From contig CAVWRM010000001.1 in NCBI GenBank assembly GCA_963757525.1, positions 3,224,884-3,288,883 on the forward strand: DNA of 64,000 nucleotides, in the 5' to 3' direction. Origin of the DNA: an uncultured Gemmatimonadales bacterium (GTDB taxonomy: Bacteria > Gemmatimonadota > Gemmatimonadetes > Gemmatimonadales > GWC2-71-9). This document shows, piece after piece, positions 9,202 through 19,328 of the stretch (its first letter is position 1; each line of letters starts with the position of its first letter). A program made the position numbers and the translations under genes. The notes beneath the pieces were generated by a model. That model was not told the origin of the DNA. It ran no database searches and was given only the letters and a program-made list of their open reading frames with translations.

Positions 9202-10497
9202 GTGGCGACAGGCGAGCGGGCGGATGAGCGCGGAATCCTCCGGTGGCCGAGCCGCCTGGAGTGGCGGATCGCCAAGCGGTACCTGAGGAGCCGGCGAGGC
9301 TCCCGGGCGGCGTCGCTCAACACGGTCATCTCCACCGGAGGCGTGGCGGTCGGCGTGATGGCGCTGATCGTGGTGCTGGGCGTGATGAACGGGCTGCGGA
9401 ACGACCTTCGCGAGCGCATCCTGATCGCCAATCCCCACCTCCGGATCCTGACCTACGGCGCCGGTCTCAGGATGGACGACTGGCAGAGCGTCCTGACCCG
9501 GGTGCGCAAGGCGCCCGGAGTGGTCGCCGCGGCGCCGGAGGTGATCAGTCAGGCGGGGATCACCGCCGGCCAGGATTATGGCGAGGGGGTCAACCTCCTC
9601 GGCTTCGATCCCGACACCGGCAAGGCCTCCGTCACGTCGTTCCCGCAATCGATCAAGAAAGGCGATCTCTCCTTCCGCCCGACGAAGCCCGGTGTGGATG
9701 GCGGCATTCTCATCGGTAACAGACTGGCCTCGCGCCTCTCGGTGGAGATCGGTGATGTCGTCACCCTCGTGCCGGTGACGCAGGCCAAGATGAACGCCGC
9801 GATCGGCGTCGCGGTCCCGAGATTCTGGAAATTCGAGGTCACCGGCCTGTTCGAGACCGGAATGTTCCAGTATGACAACCAGTTCGTCGTGGTGAAGCGG
9901 GAGATCGCTCAACAGTTCACAGGCCTGGGCAATGCCGTGTCGGGGTTGGCGGTCCGGGTCGCCGATCCCAGCCGGGCGCCGGAGATCGGTAAGGCGCTCG
10001 AGAAGCGGCTGGGCTACCCCTACCGGGCCCTCGACTGGCAGACCCAGAACGTGAGCCTCTTCAGCGCGCTCGAGCTCGAGAAGATCGCGATGGGCCTCAT
10101 TATCTTTTTCATCATGGTCGTCGCCGCGTTCAACATCGTCGGCACGCTGACCATGGTGGTGGCCGATAAGACCCGTGAGATCGGCATCCTGAGGGCGATG
10201 GGCCTGACCTCCCCGAGTGTCGCGCGGATCTTCCTGCTCCAGGGCGGAGTGATCGGTATCGTGGGAACCGGCCTGGGGCTCATTGGCGGGCTGGTCGTGG
10301 CGTACGTCGTGGACAAGTCCGGGTGGATCCGGATCAATCCCGCGGTCTATTTCATCGACCACCTGCCGGTGCATGTCGAGGCGCTCGACGTCTCGGTGGT
10401 GGTGCTCGCGAGCCTGGCCGTAGCGCTGCTGGCGACCCTGTATCCGTCCCGCTCGGCGGGCGCGCTGACTCCGGTGGAAGCGATCCGGCACGAATGA
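9202..10497 (+). CDS. Lipoprotein-releasing system permease (LolC/LolE, FtsX-like)
   Basis: 'WRIAKRYLRSRR...SLNTVISTGGVAVGVMALIVVLGVMNG', MacB-like periplasmic part, C-terminal FtsX helices 'REIGILRAMGL'. Starts directly after the lysS stop. Confidence 0.85.
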   Translation: MATGERADERGILRWPSRLEWRIAKRYLRSRRGSRAASLNTVISTGGVAVGVMALIVVLGVMNGLRNDLRERILIANPHLRILTYGAGLRMDDWQSVLTRVRKAPGVVAAAPEVISQAGITAGQDYGEGVNLLGFDPDTGKASVTSFPQSIKKGDLSFRPTKPGVDGGILIGNRLASRLSVEIGDVVTLVPVTQAKMNAAIGVAVPRFWKFEVTGLFETGMFQYDNQFVVVKREIAQQFTGLGNAVSGLAVRVADPSRAPEIGKALEKRLGYPYRALDWQTQNVSLFSALELEKIAMGLIIFFIMVVAAFNIVGTLTMVVADKTREIGILRAMGLTSPSVARIFLLQGGVIGIVGTGLGLIGGLVVAYVVDKSGWIRINPAVYFIDHLPVHVEALDVSVVVLASLAVALLATLYPSRSAGALTPVEAIRHE

Positions 10498-11195
10498 GCG
10501 CCATTCTCGAGGCCACCGGGCTCCGCAAAGTGTACCAGAGCGGGGACGGGTCCGTGATCGAGGTGCTCACCGGTGTCAGCCTCGAGGTGAGCCGCGGCGA
10601 GTTCGTGGCCATCGTGGGTGCCAGCGGGTCGGGCAAGAGCACGCTGCTTCACCTGCTGGGCGCGCTCGACGCCCCCTCCGGCGGTACGGTGCAGCTCGAT
10701 GGGCGGCCCTACGGCGAGCAGAGCCCCGCGGAGCTGGCCGCCATCCGTAACCGGAAGATCGGATTCGTGTTTCAGTTTCACCACTTGTTGCGGGAGTTCA
10801 CGGCGCTCGAAAACGTCATGATGCCGCTCCTGATCGCCGGTGAAAGCGAGTCGAGGGCCAGGTCACGCGCGGAGGAGCTCCTCGCGGTGGTCGGGCTGGC
10901 GGGACGCATGACCCATCGGCCGGCCGAGCTGTCCGGCGGGGAGCAACAGCGGGCAGCGGTGGCCCGCGCGCTCGCGCCCGACCCCGTGCTGGTGCTCGCC
11001 GACGAGCCGTCGGGCAACCTGGATTACGCCAACAGCGAGCGGCTGCACGCGCTGTTCGCGCGGCTGAGCCGGGAGTTCGAGACCGCGCTGGTGGTCGTGA
11101 CGCACAACCGGCTGCTCGCGGGCCGAGCCGATCGGGTCCTGTCGCTCGAGGGCGGCCACCTCGTGCCGCTTTCCGGCGTGGAGTCGATGCCCTGA
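10494..11195 (+). CDS. lolD: Lipoprotein-releasing system ATP-binding protein
   Basis: Walker A 'GASGSGKSTLL', signature 'LSGGEQQR', Walker B 'LVLADEP'. ATGA overlap with the permease stop. The upstream part of ORF 10323 was trimmed. Confidence 0.88.
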   Translation: MSAILEATGLRKVYQSGDGSVIEVLTGVSLEVSRGEFVAIVGASGSGKSTLLHLLGALDAPSGGTVQLDGRPYGEQSPAELAAIRNRKIGFVFQFHHLLREFTALENVMMPLLIAGESESRARSRAEELLAVVGLAGRMTHRPAELSGGEQQRAAVARALAPDPVLVLADEPSGNLDYANSERLHALFARLSREFETALVVVTHNRLLAGRADRVLSLEGGHLVPLSGVESMP

Positions 11196-11689
11196 TGCCC
11201 TGCGACCAGTGCCACACGCGCGAGGCCATCATTCACCTGACTCAGATCGTGAACGAGCAGGTGACCACGCTCCATCTGTGCGAGCGTTGCGCCGCGGAAA
11301 AGGGCGTCGAGAGCCCCGGTGCGGTCGCCAAAACCCCGCTCGGCACCTTTCTCGCCGCGATGGGGAAGGGCCTGCCCGAAACCACGCCGGCGCCGCGGTC
11401 GTCGGAAACCTGCGGACGCTGCGGGGCCTCGCTCAAGGATTTCAACGAGAGTGGACGGCTGGGCTGCTCCGAGTGCTGGCGGACGTTCGAGACGCCGCTG
11501 CGCGACTTGCTGCGCCGGCTGCATGGCTCGACCCACCATCTGGGTGAGCGGTACGCCGAGACCCTGCCCGCCCCGGTGGGCGGGCGGGCCGAGGCCGCCG
11601 AGCTGCGCGAACAGCTGCGGGTGGCCGTGGAGACGGAGAACTTCGAGCTGGCGGCCGAGCTGCGCGACCGTCTCCGGGTGATCGAATGA
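11195..11689 (+). CDS. mcsA: McsA-like activator of protein arginine kinase (zinc-ribbon + UVR motif)
   Basis: 'CDQCHTREAIIHLTQIVNEQVTTLHLCERCA', 'CGRCG...GRLGCSECW', C-terminal 'ENFELAAELRDRL'. TGATG overlap with lolD. Confidence 0.78.
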   Translation: MPCDQCHTREAIIHLTQIVNEQVTTLHLCERCAAEKGVESPGAVAKTPLGTFLAAMGKGLPETTPAPRSSETCGRCGASLKDFNESGRLGCSECWRTFETPLRDLLRRLHGSTHHLGERYAETLPAPVGGRAEAAELREQLRVAVETENFELAAELRDRLRVIE

Positions 11690-12768
11690 TCGACCTGAGC
11701 CTCCTCACCGACGGCGGCGTCGGCTGGCTCGATGCCAGCGGCCCGGCCAGTCACCTGGTGCTGTCCACCCGGATCCGGCTGGCCAGAAACCTGTCGGGGC
11801 ACGTGTTCCAAGGACGCAACTCGGAGACGGAGCGGGAGGAGATCCTGACCACGGTCGAGCAGGCCGCGCGGGAGACGGTCCTGCTCAGGCGGGCCACCAA
11901 GTTCCGGCTCGACCGTCTCGATCGTGTCGACCGCCAGTTACTGCACGAGCGCCATCTGGTGAGCAAGGAATTGGCAGGGCTCGATGCCGACGGCCGGGTC
12001 CGCTCGGGAGCGACGCTCCTGGTGCAGGACCGGATCGGCGTCATGCTGAACGAGGAGGACCACCTCCGGATTCAGGGGATGCATTCGGGATTCGCCCTGG
12101 ACGCGACCTACGCCGAGGCCGACCGGCTGGACGCCGAACTGGGACAACGACTTGCTTTCGCATTTCACCCCGAGTTCGGTTATCTTACCTCGTGTCCGAC
12201 CAACGTCGGGACCGGGTTGCGGGCATCGGTCCTGATCCACCTGCCGGGCCTGGTTCTCACCAAGGAAATCTCGAAGGTCCTGCAGGGGCTCGCGCAGGTC
12301 GGGTTGACGTTCCGTGGCCTGTACGGTGAGGGCAGCGAGGTCGTCGGCAACTTTTTCCAGTTGTCCAATCAGACGACACTGGGGAGTTCCGAGCACGAGC
12401 TGCTCGACCATCTGGCGAAGATGGTCCGCCAAGTCATGGACTACGAGGAGCAGGCCCGGCAGGTCCTGCTCCGCGACGCGCCCGCCGTCATCGAGGACAA
12501 GGTCTGGCGGGCCTACGGGCTTCTCCGGTACGCCCGATCGCTGTCCTTCGAAGAGGCGATGAACCTGTTGAGCGGCGTGCGGTTGGGCGTGGGGGTCGAG
12601 TTGATTCCCGACGTGGCGATGTACACGCTGAACAAACTGCTGGTCTACACCCAGCCGGCCCACCTCGCGGTGGCCGAGGGAGTGGCCCCAGATGAAGCCG
12701 ACCTGCCGATCAGGCGGGCACGGTTCGTGCGCAAAGTGTTGGAATCCGAAGTAGGGCGCCGTGGATGA
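11686..12768 (+). CDS. mcsB: Protein arginine kinase McsB (ATP:guanido phosphotransferase family)
   Basis: 'NEEDHLRIQ', 'GYLTSCPTNVGTGLRASVLIHLPGL', 'RGLYGEGSE..GNFFQLSNQ'. ATGA overlap with mcsA. Confidence 0.88.
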   Translation: MIDLSLLTDGGVGWLDASGPASHLVLSTRIRLARNLSGHVFQGRNSETEREEILTTVEQAARETVLLRRATKFRLDRLDRVDRQLLHERHLVSKELAGLDADGRVRSGATLLVQDRIGVMLNEEDHLRIQGMHSGFALDATYAEADRLDAELGQRLAFAFHPEFGYLTSCPTNVGTGLRASVLIHLPGLVLTKEISKVLQGLAQVGLTFRGLYGEGSEVVGNFFQLSNQTTLGSSEHELLDHLAKMVRQVMDYEEQARQVLLRDAPAVIEDKVWRAYGLLRYARSLSFEEAMNLLSGVRLGVGVELIPDVAMYTLNKLLVYTQPAHLAVAEGVAPDEADLPIRRARFVRKVLESEVGRRG

Positions 12769-12807
12769 GCCGCGACGACGGCCTTCGGAGCTACGCAGGA
12801 AACCGCA

Positions 12808-15282
12808 ATGAACGGCTATAACTTCACCGACCGCGTTCGGAAAGTCCTCCAGATGGCCCGCGAAGAGGCCGCCCGTCTCCACCATGAATACGTGGGCACG
12901 GAGCACATTCTCCTGGGTCTCATCCGGGAGGGTGAGGGCGTTGCCGCCGCCGTGCTGACCAACCTGAACGTCGACCTCGAAGACATCCAGCAGAAGATCG
13001 AGGAGACGGTCAAGAAGGGCAAAGCGGCCGCCGCCGCGGGTCCCGATCTGCCCTACACCTCGCGCGCCAAGAAGGTGCTCGAGCTGGCGATGACGGAGGC
13101 CCGCGAGCTCAACCACTCGTACGTGGGCACCGAGCACCTGCTGCTCGGCCTGCTGCGCGAGGAGAAGGGCATCGCCGCCCAGGTCCTCACCGACGCCGGC
13201 GTGAACCTCGAGCAGTCGCGCGCCGAAACGCTGCGGCTGCTCGGCAGCGACATGCCGCAGGCGTCCACCACCGGTGGGGCCACCGGCCAGCCTGCCTCGG
13301 CGCCCAAGTCCGAGAAGAAGTCCAAGACCCCGGCGCTCGACCACTTCTGCCGCGATCTCACCCAGCTCGCCGCCGAAGGCCAGCTCGATCCGACCATCGG
13401 GCGGGCCAAGGAGATCGAGCGGGTCATGGAGATCCTCGCCCGCCGGAAGAAGAACAACCCGGTCCTGATCGGGGAGCCCGGCGTCGGCAAGACCGCCATC
13501 GTCGAGGGGCTGGCGCTGCTCATCGCCAATGGGCTCTGCCCGGACGTCCTCCGCGATCACCGCGTGCTGTCGCTCGACATGGCGGCCGTCATCGCCGGCA
13601 CCAAGTACCGGGGGCAGTTCGAGGAGCGGCTCAAGGCGGTCATGAACGAGATCGCCCAGAACAAGCAGATCATCCTCTTCATCGACGAGCTGCACACTCT
13701 GGTGGGCGCCGGCGCGGCCGAAGGGGCCATCGACGCCTCCAACATGCTCAAGCCCGCGCTCGCTCGAGGCGAGCTGCAGTGCGTGGGCGCCTCCACGCTG
13801 AACGAGTACCGGAAGTACATCGAGAAGGACGGCGCGCTCGAGCGTCGCTTCCAGACGGTGGTGGTGGAGCCGCCCAGCGTCCCCGAGACCGTGGAGATCC
13901 TGAAGGGTCTTCGCAAGAAGTACGAGGACCATCACCGGATCAGCATTCCCGACGCCACCCTCACGGCGGCGGCGGAGCTCTCGGAGCGCTACATCACCGA
14001 CCGGTTCCTGCCCGACAAGGCCATCGACGTGATCGACGAGGCGGGGGCACGGGCGCGTCTGGCGTCGCAGGTGCCCCCGGCGGAAGTGGCCGAGCTCAAG
14101 GCGGCGCTCGAGAAGGTCAACCTGCAGAAGGAAGACGCGGTGCGCGACCAGAACTTCGAGCGCGCGGCCTCGCTCCGCGATCAGGAGCGTGATCTGCAGA
14201 ACCAGATCCGGCTGAAGAACGAGGAGTGGGAAAAGGACCGGCAGACCCGGCGGCCGGTCATCGACGAGGAGGCCATCGCCTTCATCGTCTCCCGCTGGAC
14301 CGGTATTCCGGTAACCCGGCTACAGGAGGCGGAGACGGCGCGGCTCCTCAGGATGGAAGACGAGATCCACGCGTCGGTGGTGGGCCAGGACGAGGCCATC
14401 AAGGCCGTGTCGCGCGCCATCCGGCGCTCGCGGGCCGGCCTCAAGGATCCCAACCGGCCGATCGGCTCGTTCGTCTTCTCGGGTCCCACCGGAGTCGGCA
14501 AGACCGAGTTGGCCCGCGCGCTGGCCAAGTTCCTGTTCGCCGACGCGCAGGCCCTGATCCGGGTGGACATGTCGGAGTACATGGAGAAGTTCTCGGTGTC
14601 GCGCCTCATCGGCGCGCCTCCCGGCTACGTCGGATACGAAGACAGCGGCACGCTCACCAAGGCTGTGCGGCGGAAGCCCTATTCGGTCGTCCTTCTGGAT
14701 GAGATCGAGAAGGCGCACCCGGACGTCTTCAACATCCTGCTGCAGGTGCTGGACGAAGGGCACCTGACGGACAACTACGGGCGGGTCATCGATTTCAAGA
14801 ACACCGTGGTGATCATGACTTCGAACGTGGGCGCCCGCGACATCATGCAGGGCAAGTCGCTCGGCTTCCACGGCGCCGACGTCAAGAGCAGCTTCGACAA
14901 GATGCAGGAGAAGGTGAAGGACGAGATGAACAAGGTGTTCAATCCCGAATTCCTCAACCGGCTGGACGACGTCATCGTCTTCCATCCGCTGACCAAGGAG
15001 CATATCGCCCAGATCGTCACCATCCTGCTGCGCGAGGTGCAGCGCCGCCTGGGTGACGAGGTGAAGCTGACCCCGGCCGCGGTCGATTTCCTGGTCGAGC
15101 ACGGCTACGACCAGAGCTACGGCGCCCGCCCGCTGAAGCGCTCCATCCAGCGCTACATCGAGGATCCCCTCAGCGAGAAGATCCTCATGGGCGATTTCGG
15201 CCGCGGCGACGAGATCGAGGTCGACGTCGCGCCGGATGGCGAGAAGCTCGTGTTCCGGGCCCTGACAGGGACCCAGGCGTAA
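12808..15282 (+). CDS. clpC: ATP-dependent Clp protease ATP-binding subunit ClpC
   Basis: Double Clp-N repeat ('[13 protein letters not shown]', '[13 protein letters not shown]'). Two AAA+ modules ('GEPGVGKTA', 'GPTGVGKTE'). UVR-like '[13 protein letters not shown]'. Confidence 0.92.
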   Translation: MNGYNFTDRVRKVLQMAREEAARLHHEYVGTEHILLGLIREGEGVAAAVLTNLNVDLEDIQQKIEETVKKGKAAAAAGPDLPYTSRAKKVLELAMTEARELNHSYVGTEHLLLGLLREEKGIAAQVLTDAGVNLEQSRAETLRLLGSDMPQASTTGGATGQPASAPKSEKKSKTPALDHFCRDLTQLAAEGQLDPTIGRAKEIERVMEILARRKKNNPVLIGEPGVGKTAIVEGLALLIANGLCPDVLRDHRVLSLDMAAVIAGTKYRGQFEERLKAVMNEIAQNKQIILFIDELHTLVGAGAAEGAIDASNMLKPALARGELQCVGASTLNEYRKYIEKDGALERRFQTVVVEPPSVPETVEILKGLRKKYEDHHRISIPDATLTAAAELSERYITDRFLPDKAIDVIDEAGARARLASQVPPAEVAELKAALEKVNLQKEDAVRDQNFERAASLRDQERDLQNQIRLKNEEWEKDRQTRRPVIDEEAIAFIVSRWTGIPVTRLQEAETARLLRMEDEIHASVVGQDEAIKAVSRAIRRSRAGLKDPNRPIGSFVFSGPTGVGKTELARALAKFLFADAQALIRVDMSEYMEKFSVSRLIGAPPGYVGYEDSGTLTKAVRRKPYSVVLLDEIEKAHPDVFNILLQVLDEGHLTDNYGRVIDFKNTVVIMTSNVGARDIMQGKSLGFHGADVKSSFDKMQEKVKDEMNKVFNPEFLNRLDDVIVFHPLTKEHIAQIVTILLREVQRRLGDEVKLTPAAVDFLVEHGYDQSYGARPLKRSIQRYIEDPLSEKILMGDFGRGDEIEVDVAPDGEKLVFRALTGTQA

Positions 15283-15289
15283 GCTCGCC

Positions 15290-15317
15290 GAGCGCCGGCC
15301 CACCCGGGCCGGCGCTC
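15290..15317 (+). terminator. GC-rich hairpin downstream of clpC (possible terminator, no U-tract)
   Basis: GAGCGCCGGCCC-ACCC-GGGCCGGCGCTC, a perfect 12-bp stem with a 4-nt loop, 8 nt after the TAA. It is followed by CTCACC rather than a T run. Confidence 0.45.
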
Positions 15318-15331
15318 TCACCTTCCACCCT

Positions 15332-17722
15332 GTGCGGATGCAGCGACTCCCATCGATCGTCGCGGCCGTTAGCCTCCTGTTCGGGGCGCCGGCCGCGCTC
15401 ATGGCTCAAGACTCCGCCTCGGCTACCGTCGACAGCATCGTCGTCGAGGGGAACTCCCGGCTCACCGCCGCGCAGATCATCGGGACCGCGGGTGTCGTGG
15501 TCCATCAACCCATCAACTACCGCGATATCCAGCGCGCCATCACGGCCCTGTTCCGCACCGGCCAGTTCGACGATGTCGTGGCCGAGCAGCGCGCCGCGGG
15601 CGAAACCCTGATCCTGGCGCTCAAGGTCAAGGAGCGGCCGGTGCTCCGGAAGTGGGCGGTGCGCGGCGTCGAGAAGCTGTCCGAGGGCGAGGTCAAGGGA
15701 CGGGTCAAGCTCAGCGAGGCGAGGCCGATCGATCGCAACGCGGTGGAGCAGTCGCGCGCGGCAATCGATTCGCTCTACAAACGGGCGGGCTACTACGCGG
15801 CCCAGGTGAAGACCATCGAGATTCCGGCCGACTCGGCCGGGGTGCGGCTCGTCTTCGACGTGCAGGAAGGCGCCCGGGTGGCGATCGGGCAGGTGACGAT
15901 CGAGGGCAACAAGAAGTTCGACGACAAGGCCGTGGTCAAGCACATGGCCACCCGCCCAGAAGGGTTCTGGTGGTTCCAGAACGGCGAATACGACGAGCGC
16001 AAGGTCGACGGGGACGTGCGCGAGCGTCTGCCCCGCTGGTACGCGGACCAGGGCTTCGTCGATTTCCAGGTCACTCACGACTCCCTGATTCCGGATTCCA
16101 GCGGGGGCAGGGCCGTGCTGCGACTCTCCGTGGACGAGGGGCAGGAGTACCAGGTCGGCACGTTCGACATCGAGGGCAACCGGCGGTTTTCGAGCGAGGA
16201 GCTGCAGGCCTTCTATCCCTTTGCGCCCATCAAGGCCGACGGGACGCCTGTGGGCGGACCTCGTCCGTACAACAGGTCGGACTGGGAATCGGCCACCGAG
16301 AAGGTCCAGAACCTCTACGCCAACAACGGCTATCTGTACGCCCAGATCGAGCCCACCGAGGTCCGGCGGACCACGGCCGACGGCCGTCACTGGATCGATC
16401 TTCGGTGGACCATCCGGGAGGGCTCCCCCGCCACGATCAACAAGATCGAGATCGTGGGGAACGACGTCACTCACGAGCGGGTGATCCGCGAAGCGATCGT
16501 GATGCTGCCTGGCGACTTGTTCAGCCGCGAGCGGCTGATCCGCTCGTACCAGAACGTCTCCAACCTCGGGTTTTTCCAGCAGCCGCTCCCCTCGCCCGAC
16601 GTGAAGCCATCGGCGAACGGGGTGGACGTGGACATCGTGTTCCGGGTGGAGGAGCGTCGGACCGGGAATATCAACTTCGGCGCGTCGCTGGGGCAGGGCA
16701 CCGGTGTCGGCGGCTTCCTGGGGCTCGAGGAGCCGAACCTCTTCGGCCGGGGCAAGCGGGGCAAGCTCCAGTGGCAGTTCGGGTCGAACATCAACGACTT
16801 CACCTTGAGTTACACCGATCCGGCCATCAAGGAGAGCCGGATCTCGGGTACGGTCTCGCTGTTCGACTCGCGGGCGCGCTACACCATCGGCGATCTGGGG
16901 CAGCAGAAGCGCACCGGCGGTTCGGTCCAGCTCGGCTTCCCGTTCCTCGGGTCGCGATACACCCGTCTGTTCACCTCGTATTCCTTCCAGCGGATCCGCT
17001 ACAGCGGTGGCTCGGAGGACCTGCGGACCCGGTTCAACTGCAGCGCCTGCACCCGCTCGTCGGTAGGAGTCAGCATTCTGCGCGATACGCGGTACGGTCT
17101 GCCGTTCGCCACCGGCGGGTCGTCGGCCAGCGTGAGCGGCGAGCTGAACGGCGGCATTCTGGGCGGCACGGGCAACTACCGGAAGGTGGATCTCGAGGGC
17201 AAGTGGTACGCCCCCCTTGGGTCGCTCGGTGGCGGCGCCCAGCTCGGGGCCGGCGGGGTCCAGTTCGTCCTGGGGCTGACCACCAAGTCCGGCTTCATCT
17301 TCGGCGACGCGGGACCCTTCTACTCGGAACTCTACACCCTGGGCGGCGTACAGTATGGTATCCCCCTCAGGGGCTACGATGAGTTCTCGATCACGCCCAA
17401 CGGGTTCGATCCCAATGCCAGCAGCAATACGGCGAGCGCCGACGCCTTCGGGAAGTCCTACGCGGCATTCACCATCGAGGCGGGGGCGCGCATCAGCCAG
17501 TCGCTCTATGTGGATGCGTTCTTCGACGCCGGTAATGTCTATCGCACGGCGCGCCAGTGGGATCCCACCCGGCTCTTCCGGGGCGCGGGCTTCGGGGCCG
17601 CCGTGGTCTCGCCGCTCGGGCCGATCGGGGTTGATCTGGGATACGGCTTCGACAAGGTGGACGGGCTCGGCCGTCCGGCGCCGGGGTGGCAGCTGCATTT
17701 CAAGCTGGGCAATTTCTTCTAA
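15332..17722 (+). CDS. bamA: Outer membrane protein assembly factor BamA
   Basis: Signal peptide 'AAVSLLFGAPAALMAQD'. POTRA-like repeats ('VVEGN..', 'ITIEGNKKF', 'FDIEGNRRF', 'IEIVGND'). C-terminal beta-barrel ending 'HFKLGNFF'. Confidence 0.9.
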   Translation: MRMQRLPSIVAAVSLLFGAPAALMAQDSASATVDSIVVEGNSRLTAAQIIGTAGVVVHQPINYRDIQRAITALFRTGQFDDVVAEQRAAGETLILALKVKERPVLRKWAVRGVEKLSEGEVKGRVKLSEARPIDRNAVEQSRAAIDSLYKRAGYYAAQVKTIEIPADSAGVRLVFDVQEGARVAIGQVTIEGNKKFDDKAVVKHMATRPEGFWWFQNGEYDERKVDGDVRERLPRWYADQGFVDFQVTHDSLIPDSSGGRAVLRLSVDEGQEYQVGTFDIEGNRRFSSEELQAFYPFAPIKADGTPVGGPRPYNRSDWESATEKVQNLYANNGYLYAQIEPTEVRRTTADGRHWIDLRWTIREGSPATINKIEIVGNDVTHERVIREAIVMLPGDLFSRERLIRSYQNVSNLGFFQQPLPSPDVKPSANGVDVDIVFRVEERRTGNINFGASLGQGTGVGGFLGLEEPNLFGRGKRGKLQWQFGSNINDFTLSYTDPAIKESRISGTVSLFDSRARYTIGDLGQQKRTGGSVQLGFPFLGSRYTRLFTSYSFQRIRYSGGSEDLRTRFNCSACTRSSVGVSILRDTRYGLPFATGGSSASVSGELNGGILGGTGNYRKVDLEGKWYAPLGSLGGGAQLGAGGVQFVLGLTTKSGFIFGDAGPFYSELYTLGGVQYGIPLRGYDEFSITPNGFDPNASSNTASADAFGKSYAAFTIEAGARISQSLYVDAFFDAGNVYRTARQWDPTRLFRGAGFGAAVVSPLGPIGVDLGYGFDKVDGLGRPAPGWQLHFKLGNFF

Positions 17723-17752
17723 GTGTCACGTACCTTTCATCGGGAGCAGAGC

Positions 17753-18295
17753 ATGAAGCTGTTGTCCGTCGTGGGAAGCTCGGTCCTCGCCATCGCCTTT
17801 CTCGCGATCGCCTCTCCAGCGGAGGCCCAGGGAGGTGGAGCGGCCGGCAAGATCGGCTACGTGAACACGCAGGCGATCCTGAAGCAGACGCCGGGCTACG
17901 CGCAGGCCGAATCGACTTTCGCGAAGGAGCTCGAGTCCTATCGCGCGGAGGTGCAGAAGCTGCAGGCCAGCCTCGACTCGGCGGCCTCGGACTTCGAGCA
18001 GAAGTCCGTGATGCTGAGCGCCACTGCGCGCCAGACCAAGCGGAAGGACCTCGAGGCCCAGCAGAAGAAGCTGGAGGAGCGGACCCAGGAGCTGCAGCAG
18101 AACGCGTCGAAGCGGGAACGCGAGCTTCTCGACCCGATTCAGACCAAGGTCAACAGCATCATCGAGGGTATCCGCGCCGCCGGCAACTACGCGATGATCT
18201 TCGATGTCAGCGCGCCGAACAGCGGCATCGTCACCGCCGACAAATCGCTGGACCTGACGCCCAAGGTCATTCAGCAGTTGAAGTCGGGTACCTGA
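17753..18295 (+). CDS. OmpH/Skp-family periplasmic chaperone
   Basis: Signal peptide 'MKLLSVVGSSVLAIAFLAIASPAEAQ', then a coiled-coil K/E/Q-rich body. Located between bamA and lpxD. The ATG has GGGAGC upstream; the ORF track's GTG 17723 is an alternative start. Confidence 0.8.
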   Translation: MKLLSVVGSSVLAIAFLAIASPAEAQGGGAAGKIGYVNTQAILKQTPGYAQAESTFAKELESYRAEVQKLQASLDSAASDFEQKSVMLSATARQTKRKDLEAQQKKLEERTQELQQNASKRERELLDPIQTKVNSIIEGIRAAGNYAMIFDVSAPNSGIVTADKSLDLTPKVIQQLKSGT

Positions 18296-18299
18296 GCCG

Positions 18300-19328
18300 G
18301 TGACATCATCCGGCATGACTGCGCAGGCGGTCGCCGATCTGGTCGGCGGCCGCCTGCTTGGCAATGGAGGGGTGGTGCTCCACGCCGTGCGGCCTCTCGA
18401 TTCCGCCGGCCCGGACGCGCTCTCGCTCGCGGTCTCGCCCCGGTACGCCGACCAGCTGAAGGCCTCGCACGCCGGCGCCGTCCTGGTGCCCGACGCGCTG
18501 GCGTCGGTCGGCGGCCCCACCAGGATCGTGGTGCGCGATCCCTACCGCGCCCTGGTGCAGGTGATGAGCGCCCTGTTTCCGTCGCACGCCCCCGCGCCCG
18601 ATATCGACCCGTCGGTCCGCCTCGGCGCGGGTTGCATCGTGGGCAGCGACGTCAGCATCGGCCCATTCACGGTGCTCGGACGGAACGTGCGGCTTGGCGA
18701 CCGCTGCCGGCTCGCCGAAGGAGTATCGCTCGGCGATGAGGTCACCATCGGGGAGGACACCGTGATCGGCCCGCGGGTGGTGTGCTACCAGGGGAGCCGG
18801 ATCGGGCGGAGGGTGGTGCTCAAGGCGGGGGCGGTGATCGGGGGCGACGGATTCGGGTATCTTCCCGGCCCGGACGGGCACCGCCGCATCCCCCACGTGG
18901 GTGTCTGTATCATCGAGGACGACGTGGAGATCGGCTCCAATTCGACCGTCGATCGGGGGAGCGTTGATGATACCGTGGTGGGGACGGGGACCAAGCTCGA
19001 CAATCTCGTGCACGTCGGGCACAACGTGCGGATCGGAGAGCGATGCCTTCTCATGGCCGGGGTCGGAGTCGCGGGCAGCACCCGGCTCGGCAACGATGTG
19101 ATCCTCGCCGGGCACGTGGGCGTCACCGATCACCTCCTGATCGGGGACGGCGCCCGGATCGCGGCCAAGAGCGCCGTGTTCGGCGACGTGCCCCCCGGGG
19201 CGGCCTACAGCGGCCACCCGGCCCGGGCGCATCGCCAGTTTCTCCGCGCCCAGGCGGCGCTCTACCGGCTGAGTCCGATCCTGTCCGACATCGAGAAGCT
19301 CATTCCCGGGCGGGGCGGCGATGAGTAG
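18300..19328 (+). CDS. lpxD: UDP-3-O-acylglucosamine N-acyltransferase
   Basis: N-terminal LpxD-type domain followed by left-handed beta-helix hexapeptide repeats ('IGPRVV..', 'VEIGSNSTVDRG', 'GHNVRIG'). Located in the lpx cluster. Confidence 0.88.
   Translation: MTSSGMTAQAVADLVGGRLLGNGGVVLHAVRPLDSAGPDALSLAVSPRYADQLKASHAGAVLVPDALASVGGPTRIVVRDPYRALVQVMSALFPSHAPAPDIDPSVRLGAGCIVGSDVSIGPFTVLGRNVRLGDRCRLAEGVSLGDEVTIGEDTVIGPRVVCYQGSRIGRRVVLKAGAVIGGDGFGYLPGPDGHRRIPHVGVCIIEDDVEIGSNSTVDRGSVDDTVVGTGTKLDNLVHVGHNVRIGERCLLMAGVGVAGSTRLGNDVILAGHVGVTDHLLIGDGARIAAKSAVFGDVPPGAAYSGHPARAHRQFLRAQAALYRLSPILSDIEKLIPGRGGDE

Noticed and set aside
8635-10491. 618-aa minus-strand ORF
   Set aside because: It is antisense to the well-supported lysS and lolC/E genes. 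The composition is R/G/D/H/P-rich and no motif is recognisable. It is a typical shadow ORF of GC-rich DNA.
11938-13935. 665-aa minus-strand ORF
   Set aside because: It is antisense to mcsB and clpC, both of which carry unambiguous catalytic motifs. No domain is visible in the antisense translation.
15185-17698. 837-aa minus-strand ORF
   Set aside because: It is antisense to bamA across its whole length. The translation is low-complexity and Arg/Gly/Pro-rich. bamA has a clear signal peptide, POTRA repeats and a barrel.
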